Shown: in pieces, positions 1-8,141 of the stretch | How positions within the stretch are numbered: position 1 is the stretch's first letter | Layout: every line of letters starts with the position of its first letter | Source: an uncultured bacterium | GTDB lineage: Bacteria > Patescibacteriota > JACMRA01 | Assembly: GCA_963784355.1 (NCBI GenBank) | Contig: CAWAQU010000007.1 | Span: 19,640-83,639 of the forward strand | Direction of reading: 5' to 3' | DNA: 64,000 nucleotides | Notes under the pieces: generated by a model | What the model saw: the letters and a program-made list of their open reading frames with translations, nothing else | What the model was told of the DNA's origin: nothing | The model's database searches: none | Position numbers and translations under genes: made by a program

Positions 1-130
1 AAACTCTATAAATAATTCAAAATTAAGTTGAAATAAAAATTAAGAGTTTGTTTGACAAGGCACAAAAAACATGCTATGAGAAGTAATTAGAAGTTAAATA
101 TTTTTTTAAAAGATAACAAAAAATACCATT

Positions 131-622
131 ATGAATAAGCAAGAGATTTTAGATATTAATGAGGTCAATAATCAAGCAATGTTGTTTAATGGTATCGCAA
201 CCACTACTAGTGCTTATTTAGGAGGTAGTTTTAATCACACTATGGAAGGTAGCAACACTTTGCAACAACCAAAACCTCAAGTAGAACAAATATCAAATCC
301 TCACAAGTCAAGATTAGATCAGTTAAAAATAAAAAAGGATATTGTAAATCCAGCTGTAGAATCTGTAAAGCCTGCCAGTGTACAAGAACAATTGCCTGTA
401 CCACAGGAAAAACCTGCTATTTCCACTCATGAAAAATTGAAACCAGGATTTAATAATATAGCACCTTACAACTCTCAAAAATTAGAAAAAAAAGTATCCC
501 AAGAAGAAGAACAAAATACAACTGAAATTATGGTTAATTCCATTGAATATTATATAAAAAATCATAATAAGCCTGGTACAGTAGGTACATTAGAAAAAAT
601 CTTTAATTCAGGGTTGAAATAA
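131..622 (+). CDS. hypothetical protein (Pro/Gln/Lys-rich, no recognisable domain)
   Basis: 163-aa ORF from the track. The centre is low-complexity and PQ-rich. No motif recognised. Confidence 0.35.
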   Translation: MNKQEILDINEVNNQAMLFNGIATTTSAYLGGSFNHTMEGSNTLQQPKPQVEQISNPHKSRLDQLKIKKDIVNPAVESVKPASVQEQLPVPQEKPAISTHEKLKPGFNNIAPYNSQKLEKKVSQEEEQNTTEIMVNSIEYYIKNHNKPGTVGTLEKIFNSGLK

Positions 623-637
623 TATTCAAAATAACAT

Positions 638-1663
638 CTAACCAGCTTTTTTTCTTTGGACCAAGCCTGTTAGTAAGATAATTACAAGTAGTGCTAAAAA
701 TTGTAAACCAACTACGTATGCCTTGTATTGCGTAGGTAAAAGCAATCCGGTATGTGCAGTGATCAATAAAATCCCTGAAGTAATTACTAAAACCTGGATT
801 TTGTTTAACCCTAAATCAATCAACCTGTGATGCCAGTGTGTTCTATCCGCTTTAAATAGCGGTTTTTTGTTTGCGAACCTCAAAATAATTACAAGCGCGG
901 TATCTAAAATAAACCATCCAATCACAGTTGCGGAGGTGGCTACTTTTGCTCCGGATAAAATAGACAAAACACCAATAACAAACCCAACAATTTCTGATCC
1001 ACTCTCTCCTAAATACAACTTAGCATCAGGAAAATTGAATACTAAAAAGCTAATTATTCCACAAATCCAAATTAAGGCGAAAAGAAATATTAAAGGCTGG
1101 TTTACATTATCAAATAAGCTAATGCTTGCAATACTCAATAAACTGATCATTCCGATGCTGCCTACAAGTCCATCGTGACCATCTAAAAATTTTGTAGCTG
1201 CAATACAACCAATCAACCAAATATACGCTAAAATTTGGGGTAAAAAGCCAATAGTGGGCAAAATCAAGTTAAAGGGATATGAAAAGGCTTCAATTTTCAG
1301 CCCTCCTCCGACTACAGCTATAAATACACCAATATTGATATATAAAAAAAGCCATTTACTAGATAATGCAAATTTATCATCAATTATTCCACCAACTAAT
1401 AAAATAACTATTGCAAATAGTATCCAAAATAAATGAAAAGTGTAGTACAAATTTTGATTTAATAAATTGAAAGCATCGAAAATGTTATATTTGTTCATTA
1501 GCCATAAAACTGACATTAACACAATTGATACTAAAGTAAAACCGACTCCTCCCAAAAAAGGTACAGGCTCTTTTTGCTTTTTATCAGGCCTAACTGCGGG
1601 ATCATCTAAAATCTTGTATTTTATTGCAAGCTTTGCTGATATCCAAGTTGCAGCCAATCCCAA
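638..1663 (-). CDS. polyprenyl-phosphate HexNAc-1-phosphate transferase (glycosyltransferase family 4, WecA/TagO/MraY type)
   Basis: 341 aa and polytopic. IIDDKF, LDGHDGLVG and LGESGSE match the DDxxD, DGxDGL and GDxGS signatures of the MraY/WecA superfamily. PVPFLGGVG after the first helix is WecA-like. Confidence 0.8.
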   Translation of the reverse strand: MGLAATWISAKLAIKYKILDDPAVRPDKKQKEPVPFLGGVGFTLVSIVLMSVLWLMNKYNIFDAFNLLNQNLYYTFHLFWILFAIVILLVGGIIDDKFALSSKWLFLYINIGVFIAVVGGGLKIEAFSYPFNLILPTIGFLPQILAYIWLIGCIAATKFLDGHDGLVGSIGMISLLSIASISLFDNVNQPLIFLFALIWICGIISFLVFNFPDAKLYLGESGSEIVGFVIGVLSILSGAKVATSATVIGWFILDTALVIILRFANKKPLFKADRTHWHHRLIDLGLNKIQVLVITSGILLITAHTGLLLPTQYKAYVVGLQFLALLVIILLTGLVQRKKAG

Positions 1664-1772
1664 AATTAGACTAATGCTTGAAAAAACTATACTGTATTGA
1701 ATTAATTGTGTAGAAATATGAAGAGTAGTTTATTAGTTTTTAAGCTAGTTTTTCTTACTGAAATTGTCAATT

Positions 1773-1801
1773 TTGACCTTTATTAAAAAATTACGTATAA
1801 T
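1773..1801 (+). promoter_or_regulatory. sigma70-type promoter TTGACC-17-TATAAT for the 1816 gene
   Basis: TTGACC at 1773-1778, a 17-nt spacer, TATAAT at 1796-1801. The ATG lies 14 nt downstream. Confidence 0.6.
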
Positions 1802-1815
1802 TATTATATATTCAT

Positions 1816-2322
1816 ATGTTTTCTTGGAAATTTGCCACAAAGGCTTTTGTTTTTGTAATGTTGCTATTTAGCTTTTTCAGCTTAGCACAAGTTGATGTGG
1901 TGAAGACCTATGCAGCAGATATATATGCCCCTGAGAACTGTAAGCAAAAGGAAATAAAGTTTACCAATATTTTTGTAATTTCAGCAAACTATCCAATCAT
2001 TAAAAAGGAATGTTCAATTGATGATAGTGGTAACCCTAGACCTTTATCTCCCTCCCTTCTTGGTGATGTTATGTTAAGAGCTTATGCATTTTTACTTAGT
2101 TTAGCCTTCACTATAGCTTTGCCGAGTTTTGTGGCCATAGGTTTTTTCTGGATTTATAGTGGTATAGATGAATCTCAGGCAGCTTTTGCCAAAAAATGGC
2201 TTCAAAAATTTGGTGTAGGATTAGTACTTTTAATGTTTGCTTGGGTAGTACCTATAACCATAGCTGCTGTTTTCAAATTTCCACTTGAACAAACTAATTT
2301 AGATAATTTTTTTAGCTTCTAA
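1816..2322 (+). CDS. TrbC/VirB2-like 'type IV secretion pilin' family protein, single module
   Basis: 168 aa with an N-terminal signal/TM segment and a Cys pair (ENCKQ...KKECS). The C-terminal two-helix hairpin FVAIGFFWIYSGIDESQAAFAKKWLQKFGVGLVLLMFAWVV resembles the modules of the next gene. Confidence 0.5.
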   Translation: MFSWKFATKAFVFVMLLFSFFSLAQVDVVKTYAADIYAPENCKQKEIKFTNIFVISANYPIIKKECSIDDSGNPRPLSPSLLGDVMLRAYAFLLSLAFTIALPSFVAIGFFWIYSGIDESQAAFAKKWLQKFGVGLVLLMFAWVVPITIAAVFKFPLEQTNLDNFFSF

Positions 2323-3911
2323 TGACTAATATTTTTAAAAAATACTTTGCTTTTTTATTGTTTGCTCTACCATTAATGCTGCTAGGGCTAGGGATTTTTA
2401 GCAATATACATGTCTCGGCTCAGGGGTTGGAAGCATTTAAAATAGTTAGCATAGGAGAGCTGGATGGAGTAGCACCAGCTGATACCCTTGGCGATTTACT
2501 TGTACTAATTAGAAATTTTTTAAAGTCTCTAGCTATTCCTTTTGCAATTTTAGTGATGACTTGGGGAGGATTCCAGTATTTTTTTAGTGGAATAAGCGAA
2601 AAACAAAAAAGTGGATTAAAAGCTATCGAGGCTTCTATCATAGGTTTAGTAATAATATTTTTGGCGGAGGGTCTTGTAGGTTCAAATGGTTTACTCTCTG
2701 AGATTTTTGGTGTAACCAACGGTAAGCTTGCCATCAATGAAAAGCCTATTAATGCTCTAATTTTAACTATTATAGGTATAATGCAAACTTTAGGTACTAC
2801 GGTAGCTATCTTTGTAATTATATGGGGAGGGTATAAATATTTTTGGGGTGGAATAACTGAAAAAGGTGATGGGCTTAATTCAATCAAAAAAGGTGTAATT
2901 GGTCTAGCTATTATCAATATTGCGACAGCTTTGGTAAATTTTATAGTTAGCACTGTTACAGTAAGTTCTACAAACCCAAACGCGTTGCCTGATCAAATAG
3001 TAAAATCTTTGACGTCTTTAATTTTAAATGTAAATAGTGTACTCACTGGACTGGCAGTGACTGTGACTATTTTGGTGATCGTCTGGGGAGGTTACCAATA
3101 TTTGTTTGGAGGATTTAACGGTAAATCTCAAGGCTTGAGTAATATTCAAAAGGGTGTTACGGGGCTAGTAGTAGTAATTTTAGCGAGTTTTATCGCCAAT
3201 ACAGTAGATAAACTGTTTAGTGGTATTAAAGGTGCCAATGATTTTAGTAAATTACCGGGTCAAGCAGGTAATATTTTGAGACCGATTTTAGAAAACGCAA
3301 CTAATACTTTGTTGTTGATGGCGGCGCTTGTAGCCGTGCTTGTAATTATTTACGGAGGATATAAATATTACTTTTCAGCGATACCAGGTCAAAAAAATGG
3401 TTTGGATACTATCAGGAGTGGTATTATTGGCCTAATAGTAGTTATTATAGCAAAGCCTGTGGTTACACTAATTCAAGTTACTTTAAATGCTACAGATCCA
3501 AATAATATCCAACCCAATACTTTACAGTTTAATACACAAGGTATTGTTTTTGTAATTAAAGCAGTGATAATTAATTTGTTAATACCGGTATCTTCAGTTG
3601 TGGCTGTGTTCTTTTTAGTAATCGGCGGATATTATTGGCTTACTTCAAATGGCAGTACAGAGCAAATCAAAAAAGGAAAAGATGCTATTCAAAATGCAAT
3701 AATAGGATTTATTATAATTTTGTTATCAATTACTATAGTTTCTTTAATTGTCTATCTTGTAAAACCGGAAGAATTAAATTCAGCATCCAATACAATACCG
3801 GTTACTACCACTACACCAAATACTACTACAACTACGACCACAACCACTACGACTAGTCCTAATCCTGCAAATCCTATTGTGATACCTGTGCCTAGACCTG
3901 CGCTGCCTTAA
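2322..3911 (+). CDS. membrane protein with five tandem TrbC/VirB2-like pilin modules and a Thr/Pro-rich C-terminal tail
   Basis: 529 aa with a signal-like N-terminus. Five repeats have the pattern hydrophobic helix-(W/Y/I)GG(F/Y)xY(F/L)xxGxxxKxxGLxxIxxGhhGLhhh-helix. The tail is TTTTPNTTTTTTTTTTTSPNPANPIVIPVPRPALP. Confidence 0.6.
   Translation: MTNIFKKYFAFLLFALPLMLLGLGIFSNIHVSAQGLEAFKIVSIGELDGVAPADTLGDLLVLIRNFLKSLAIPFAILVMTWGGFQYFFSGISEKQKSGLKAIEASIIGLVIIFLAEGLVGSNGLLSEIFGVTNGKLAINEKPINALILTIIGIMQTLGTTVAIFVIIWGGYKYFWGGITEKGDGLNSIKKGVIGLAIINIATALVNFIVSTVTVSSTNPNALPDQIVKSLTSLILNVNSVLTGLAVTVTILVIVWGGYQYLFGGFNGKSQGLSNIQKGVTGLVVVILASFIANTVDKLFSGIKGANDFSKLPGQAGNILRPILENATNTLLLMAALVAVLVIIYGGYKYYFSAIPGQKNGLDTIRSGIIGLIVVIIAKPVVTLIQVTLNATDPNNIQPNTLQFNTQGIVFVIKAVIINLLIPVSSVVAVFFLVIGGYYWLTSNGSTEQIKKGKDAIQNAIIGFIIILLSITIVSLIVYLVKPEELNSASNTIPVTTTTPNTTTTTTTTTTTSPNPANPIVIPVPRPALP
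2484..3755 (+). repeat. five in-frame protein-level repeats (about 87-90 aa, 260-273 bp period) inside the 2322-3911 CDS
   Basis: The GG-core codons recur near 2563, 2822, 3083, 3352 and 3625. The units have diverged at DNA level. Confidence 0.7.
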
Positions 3912-3930
3912 TTTAACTAGAAAAAATAAT

Positions 3931-5442
3931 ATGCTGTTAGATAACCTTTTAAATTTACCTGATGACAAAAAAATTTTGATACTAGGCTTGGGTAAAGAAA
4001 ATCTACAATTTTTAGATTGGTTATTTAATGTAGTAAATTTTTCTAAAAAGCAAGTTATTGTAGCTGATAAAAGACAAGTAAAGTTAAATTATGAGTTAGA
4101 TCCTGAAAATTTAGTTTTTGGAGAAAATTATTTAAGCGTTTTAAAACAAGATGATGTCGAATATGTCTTTAAAGCCCCTGGAATATGGAGTCTTTTGCCT
4201 GAAATACAAGAGTTTAGAGAAAAAAAAGGTAAAACTAAAGTAAACTCAAGCTTAGTATTTTTCTTTGAAAGATTTAGAGAGCAAATTATTGCAGTAACGG
4301 GTACAAAAGGCAAAAGTACTACCTCAAGTTTAATAAATCACTTGCTTAATAATCTGGATAATTTAATTTCTTCTGAATATTGTGGCAACACAACAGGTAT
4401 CTCACCATATAATTTTTGGACTTCATTAGAGCAAGCGGTTGAAAAAGACAAATTTTTTGTAGTAGAGACTTCTTCTTTCCAGCTTGAGGATTTGGGTTTT
4501 GCTGAAATTTCTCCTAAATACGCTGTAATAACTAACTATTACGTGGACCATTTGGATCAGCATCTAGATGCACCTGAATATTGGCATTCTAAAAATAATA
4601 TTTTTTTATATCAACATGCTCAAGATTTGGTTGTGAGTACTGATCAGGTATTGGAATTTTCTTCTGATTTGAATAAGCAGGAGCCAAAAATAGTAGTTAC
4701 GGCTGATATAGTAGAGAAAGTAAACACTTTAATTGAGCATAATTTAATAGGACAACACAACAAAATCAATCTGACTGAAGCTGTGGTTTTAACTGAAAGT
4801 GTAAGAAGAGGTGAAATTTGTCTTAATTCAGACCAACTAATTAAAAGTATTGGAGACCAGAAGGCCTTGTATTCCAAAGCTATGACTAGTTTTAATCCAC
4901 TTGGCCACAGGCTCGAGCTTGTTCGCCGGGAAAAAGTATCTGCCAATGGAAATAATCTAACTATAAGTTTTTACGATGATGGATTTGCTACTGAACCTGA
5001 TGCAGTAATTGCAGCTATCAACAGTTTGACTGAGAAAAGCAATCAGTATCTGTGGCTACAAGTGTCAGGGGTTGATAAAGGTGGGGACTTGGGTAATTTA
5101 GCAAAAAAAATTGTTGAGAAAAGAGAACAAGTTTACAAAATAAATTATTGCGGTGCAGTGGGATTAAATCTACAAAAAAAAATCAATAATCTGCTTGTAA
5201 ATATAGATCAATCAGAATACAAATTATTAAATTTTAAGGATACCGTAAAAAATGAATTTTCAATTATAAACAAATCAATTCGAGAGTTTTTAGCTTCTGA
5301 TTTAAGTAAAACACAAGATTTAGAATTAAATATAGTCTTATCACCTTGTGGCTCCTCTTTTGATGAATTTGAAAATTATATTGAGAGGTCCAATTGGTGG
5401 GTGTCAGAGGTACAAAAAGCTTCTATTGAGCACGTTAAGTAG
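3931..5442 (+). CDS. murD: UDP-N-acetylmuramoylalanine--D-glutamate ligase (Mur ligase family)
   Basis: 503 aa. N-terminal Rossmann-like ILILGLGKEN, the Mur-ligase P-loop VTGTKGKSTT, and C-terminal GHRLELV. Confidence 0.75.
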   Translation: MLLDNLLNLPDDKKILILGLGKENLQFLDWLFNVVNFSKKQVIVADKRQVKLNYELDPENLVFGENYLSVLKQDDVEYVFKAPGIWSLLPEIQEFREKKGKTKVNSSLVFFFERFREQIIAVTGTKGKSTTSSLINHLLNNLDNLISSEYCGNTTGISPYNFWTSLEQAVEKDKFFVVETSSFQLEDLGFAEISPKYAVITNYYVDHLDQHLDAPEYWHSKNNIFLYQHAQDLVVSTDQVLEFSSDLNKQEPKIVVTADIVEKVNTLIEHNLIGQHNKINLTEAVVLTESVRRGEICLNSDQLIKSIGDQKALYSKAMTSFNPLGHRLELVRREKVSANGNNLTISFYDDGFATEPDAVIAAINSLTEKSNQYLWLQVSGVDKGGDLGNLAKKIVEKREQVYKINYCGAVGLNLQKKINNLLVNIDQSEYKLLNFKDTVKNEFSIINKSIREFLASDLSKTQDLELNIVLSPCGSSFDEFENYIERSNWWVSEVQKASIEHVK

Positions 5443-5490
5443 GTAACGTTTACTTTTTTACTCAAACCTAAATATTAACTTAATAAAAAC

Positions 5491-6504
5491 CTATTTTCCA
5501 CGTAAAAATTGAAGATGTCCATTGAAAAATTGACTTAAACCGGAAACTCCCAATTTAAACTGTGCAACTCTGTCTACGCCAAACCCGAAAGCAAAACCTT
5601 GCCATTCATTGGGATCCAAATTCATGTTTGCAATTACATTAGGATGTACCAGGCCAGAGCCTCCTATCTCAATCCACTTGTTATACTTGCAGATTCGACA
5701 ACCTTCTTGATGGCAAAAAGGGCATGAAATATCATACTCCATACTTGGGATAGTGTAGGGGAAGTAGCTGGGTCTAAAGCGAACAGTCAAAGTTTCATCG
5801 TTAAAAATCTCAGCAAATAAATTTTGCAAAATAGTTTTTAAATGAGAAATAGATACTCTGCGATCTACCACTAAGCACTCAATTTGATGAAACATGATAT
5901 CGTGTGTAGCATCAATATTTTCGTTACGATATACCTGACCGGGGGAAATCATTCGAATTGGAGGTTTGTTTTCTAGTCCATATCTAATTTGCACACCTGA
6001 AGTATGAGTTCTCATGACGTAATTTTCATTTGAACTATCCTTTTCCTGCAAAAAAAACGTATCTTGCATGCTTCGTGCAGGGTGATAATCCGGCATATTT
6101 AATGTGGTAAAACAAAACTGCTGAGTTTCAACTAAAGGTCCGTCAGCAATATCAAACCCCATTTTTTGAAAAATTGATACAATTTCATTCATTACCTGAT
6201 TAATTGGGTGCAAGCTACCTTCAGACGTTTTGTATTTTTCTGAATAAAAAGTAGGGTCAAATTCTATAAATTTATCCTGATTTTGCAAGTCCTGAATTTG
6301 CTGGATTTTTTCATCACAAGCAGACTGCAAAAGTTGCTTAAGTTTATTTAAGTCCGCTCCTAATAATCTTTTCTCCTCAGGAGAAGCAACCACTATCTTG
6401 TCTTTTATTTCTTTTATTTCTCCAGTATTTGAAATTTCATCTCGTTTTTGCAAGCAAGCATTGATGGTACTTAGCTCTTCAAAATAGATTCTATAATCAG
6501 ACAT
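5491..6504 (-). CDS. pheS: phenylalanine--tRNA ligase alpha subunit
   Basis: 337 aa. Class II motifs FRPSYFPYTIPSMEYD and GFAFGFGVDRVA, plus the CPFC...CRIC zinc knuckle. Confidence 0.95.
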   Translation of the reverse strand: MSDYRIYFEELSTINACLQKRDEISNTGEIKEIKDKIVVASPEEKRLLGADLNKLKQLLQSACDEKIQQIQDLQNQDKFIEFDPTFYSEKYKTSEGSLHPINQVMNEIVSIFQKMGFDIADGPLVETQQFCFTTLNMPDYHPARSMQDTFFLQEKDSSNENYVMRTHTSGVQIRYGLENKPPIRMISPGQVYRNENIDATHDIMFHQIECLVVDRRVSISHLKTILQNLFAEIFNDETLTVRFRPSYFPYTIPSMEYDISCPFCHQEGCRICKYNKWIEIGGSGLVHPNVIANMNLDPNEWQGFAFGFGVDRVAQFKLGVSGLSQFFNGHLQFLRGK

Positions 6505-6579
6505 ATACTATGATCTATTCAGAAAAAACTGATTTGTGTCAATTTTGACAATTGCAATATAATAAGTCCAGATTTTACT

Positions 6580-7182
6580 ATGTTAATCTTTTTTGGCCTT
6601 GGAAATAACGATTCTAAATATTTTCAGACTAAACATAATGCGGGTAGAATAGTACTTGAAAAAATTGCTGCCAAATCAGGGCTACTGAGCTTTGAAAAAA
6701 AACAAAATTTTGCTTTTACTAGTTTGAACATTACTTTGGAAAAAATCTATTTTTTATACCATTTAGGATATATGAATAATAGTGGTGAAGCTTTGGCTCA
6801 ATTTTGCAACTTTTTTAAATTTGATCCTCAAGAATTAAGATTGGTTATTTTGCAAGATGATAGTGATCAAGTAGTTGGTGGCCTTAAGTTTATGCCTCAT
6901 ACAGGCAGTGCGGGACACCATGGAATAAATAGTATAAATAAATATTTACCAAATATAGTAAAAAATAATGCTCAAATTTGGAGAGCAAAAATTGGAATAC
7001 GTCCGGAAAATAACAAGCTTAGAAGTGAGACCTTTGTATTGTCGGCACTTTCAACCCTGGAATTGGAACTTTATGATAATTTTGCCCAAAAGATATCTGG
7101 ATTGTTGCCTGAATTTAGTGAATATAAATTTGAAATTATACAAAATAAATTAAACACGCGCTTGACATCAGTGAATTCATAG
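6580..7182 (+). CDS. pth: peptidyl-tRNA hydrolase
   Basis: N-terminal LIFFGLGNNDSKYFQTKHNAG matches the Pth GLGNPGxxYxxTRHNxG signature. 200 aa. Confidence 0.85.
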   Translation: MLIFFGLGNNDSKYFQTKHNAGRIVLEKIAAKSGLLSFEKKQNFAFTSLNITLEKIYFLYHLGYMNNSGEALAQFCNFFKFDPQELRLVILQDDSDQVVGGLKFMPHTGSAGHHGINSINKYLPNIVKNNAQIWRAKIGIRPENNKLRSETFVLSALSTLELELYDNFAQKISGLLPEFSEYKFEIIQNKLNTRLTSVNS

Positions 7183-7190
7183 GTAATTGT

Positions 7191-8105
7191 TTGAGTAACA
7201 TATCTATGTTTAAACATGCGATTTTTGAAGGTTTTAAATATATTATCAGATCCTTTTGGCTTTCGGCTACTGCTATTTCAGTTTTGACTGTAAGCTTGGG
7301 CTCCGTAGCTTTGATGTCCACTTTTTCCACTATTGTAGGTTACTCAGTAAGGCAATTAGACAATCAAATAGCAATTGTGGCTTATTTTAAAGAAAATATT
7401 GATACAAAGACAATAGAGGCAACAAAAAAGGATTTAGAGACTATTCCTGAAGTTAAGGAAACTCGATATGTAAATCGTACCCAAGCCCAAAAGAGACTAC
7501 AAGAAGGTAGTACTGTAGCAGATAATTTAATTAAAAGTCTTCAAAAATCAAATATATCTTTTGCTCTGGAGTATTTAGAAGTTGTTCCAAAAAGCTCTGA
7601 AGATTATGCTAAAGTAGAGGCAACTGTGCGTGGTGAAAAATACAAAGATGTATTTGCTGAGATACAAGCAGTACCTAATCTAATAGAAAATTTACAAAAG
7701 ATTTATTACTGGATTCGGATTATTGGAGTAGCTTTAGTTATTATCTTTGGCTCAATTTCAATTTTAGTAATGATTAATATTTTAAGAATAGCAGTGTATA
7801 GCTTCAAAGATGAGATTGAAATAATGCGCTTGGTTGGAGCGACAAATAATTATATTAGAGCACCTTTTATAATGGAGGGAATTTATTTTAATGTAATTGC
7901 TGCATTAGTTGTCATTAGTATTTTTATACCTTCATTAAGCATTTTATTACCCAAAATTCAATCCTGGATCGGCGCTTCAGTTGTAGCCAGTTCAGCAGCC
8001 CTTTTAAATCAAATATATTTTAGTTTAGGCTTGACTATACTTGTTGGTATAGTAATTGGGGCGGGTACAACCTATGTGGCAATTCACAGATACTTAAAAT
8101 TATAA
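7191..8105 (+). CDS. ftsX: cell-division ABC permease-like protein FtsX
   Basis: 304 aa with FtsX topology. EIEIMRLVGATNNYIRAPFIMEG closely matches the conserved FtsX EIEIMKLVGATxxFIRxPF block. The start may be the ATG at 7206. Confidence 0.85.
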   Translation: MSNISMFKHAIFEGFKYIIRSFWLSATAISVLTVSLGSVALMSTFSTIVGYSVRQLDNQIAIVAYFKENIDTKTIEATKKDLETIPEVKETRYVNRTQAQKRLQEGSTVADNLIKSLQKSNISFALEYLEVVPKSSEDYAKVEATVRGEKYKDVFAEIQAVPNLIENLQKIYYWIRIIGVALVIIFGSISILVMINILRIAVYSFKDEIEIMRLVGATNNYIRAPFIMEGIYFNVIAALVVISIFIPSLSILLPKIQSWIGASVVASSAALLNQIYFSLGLTILVGIVIGAGTTYVAIHRYLKL

Positions 8106-8134
8106 TTTACATTATTTGATATATAGGGTATAAT
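8106..8134 (+). promoter_or_regulatory. promoter TTTACA-17-TATAAT for pilB; predicted leaderless
   Basis: TTTACA at 8106-8111 and TATAAT at 8129-8134. The ATG at 8142 is only 7 nt after the -10 box. Confidence 0.55.
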
Positions 8135-8141
8135 GTATTAG

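Noticed and set aside
867-1700. Plus-strand ORFs 867-1178, 1254-1436 and 1467-1700 inside the GT4 transferase gene
   Set aside because: These are shadow ORFs antisense to a gene with clear family motifs. Their products are low-complexity.
2420-2953. 177-aa minus-strand ORF antisense to the pilin-repeat gene, plus 3635-3856 and 3780-3968
   Set aside because: They overlap a CDS whose repeat structure strongly supports the plus-strand frame. The Thr-rich DNA repeat creates the spurious frames.
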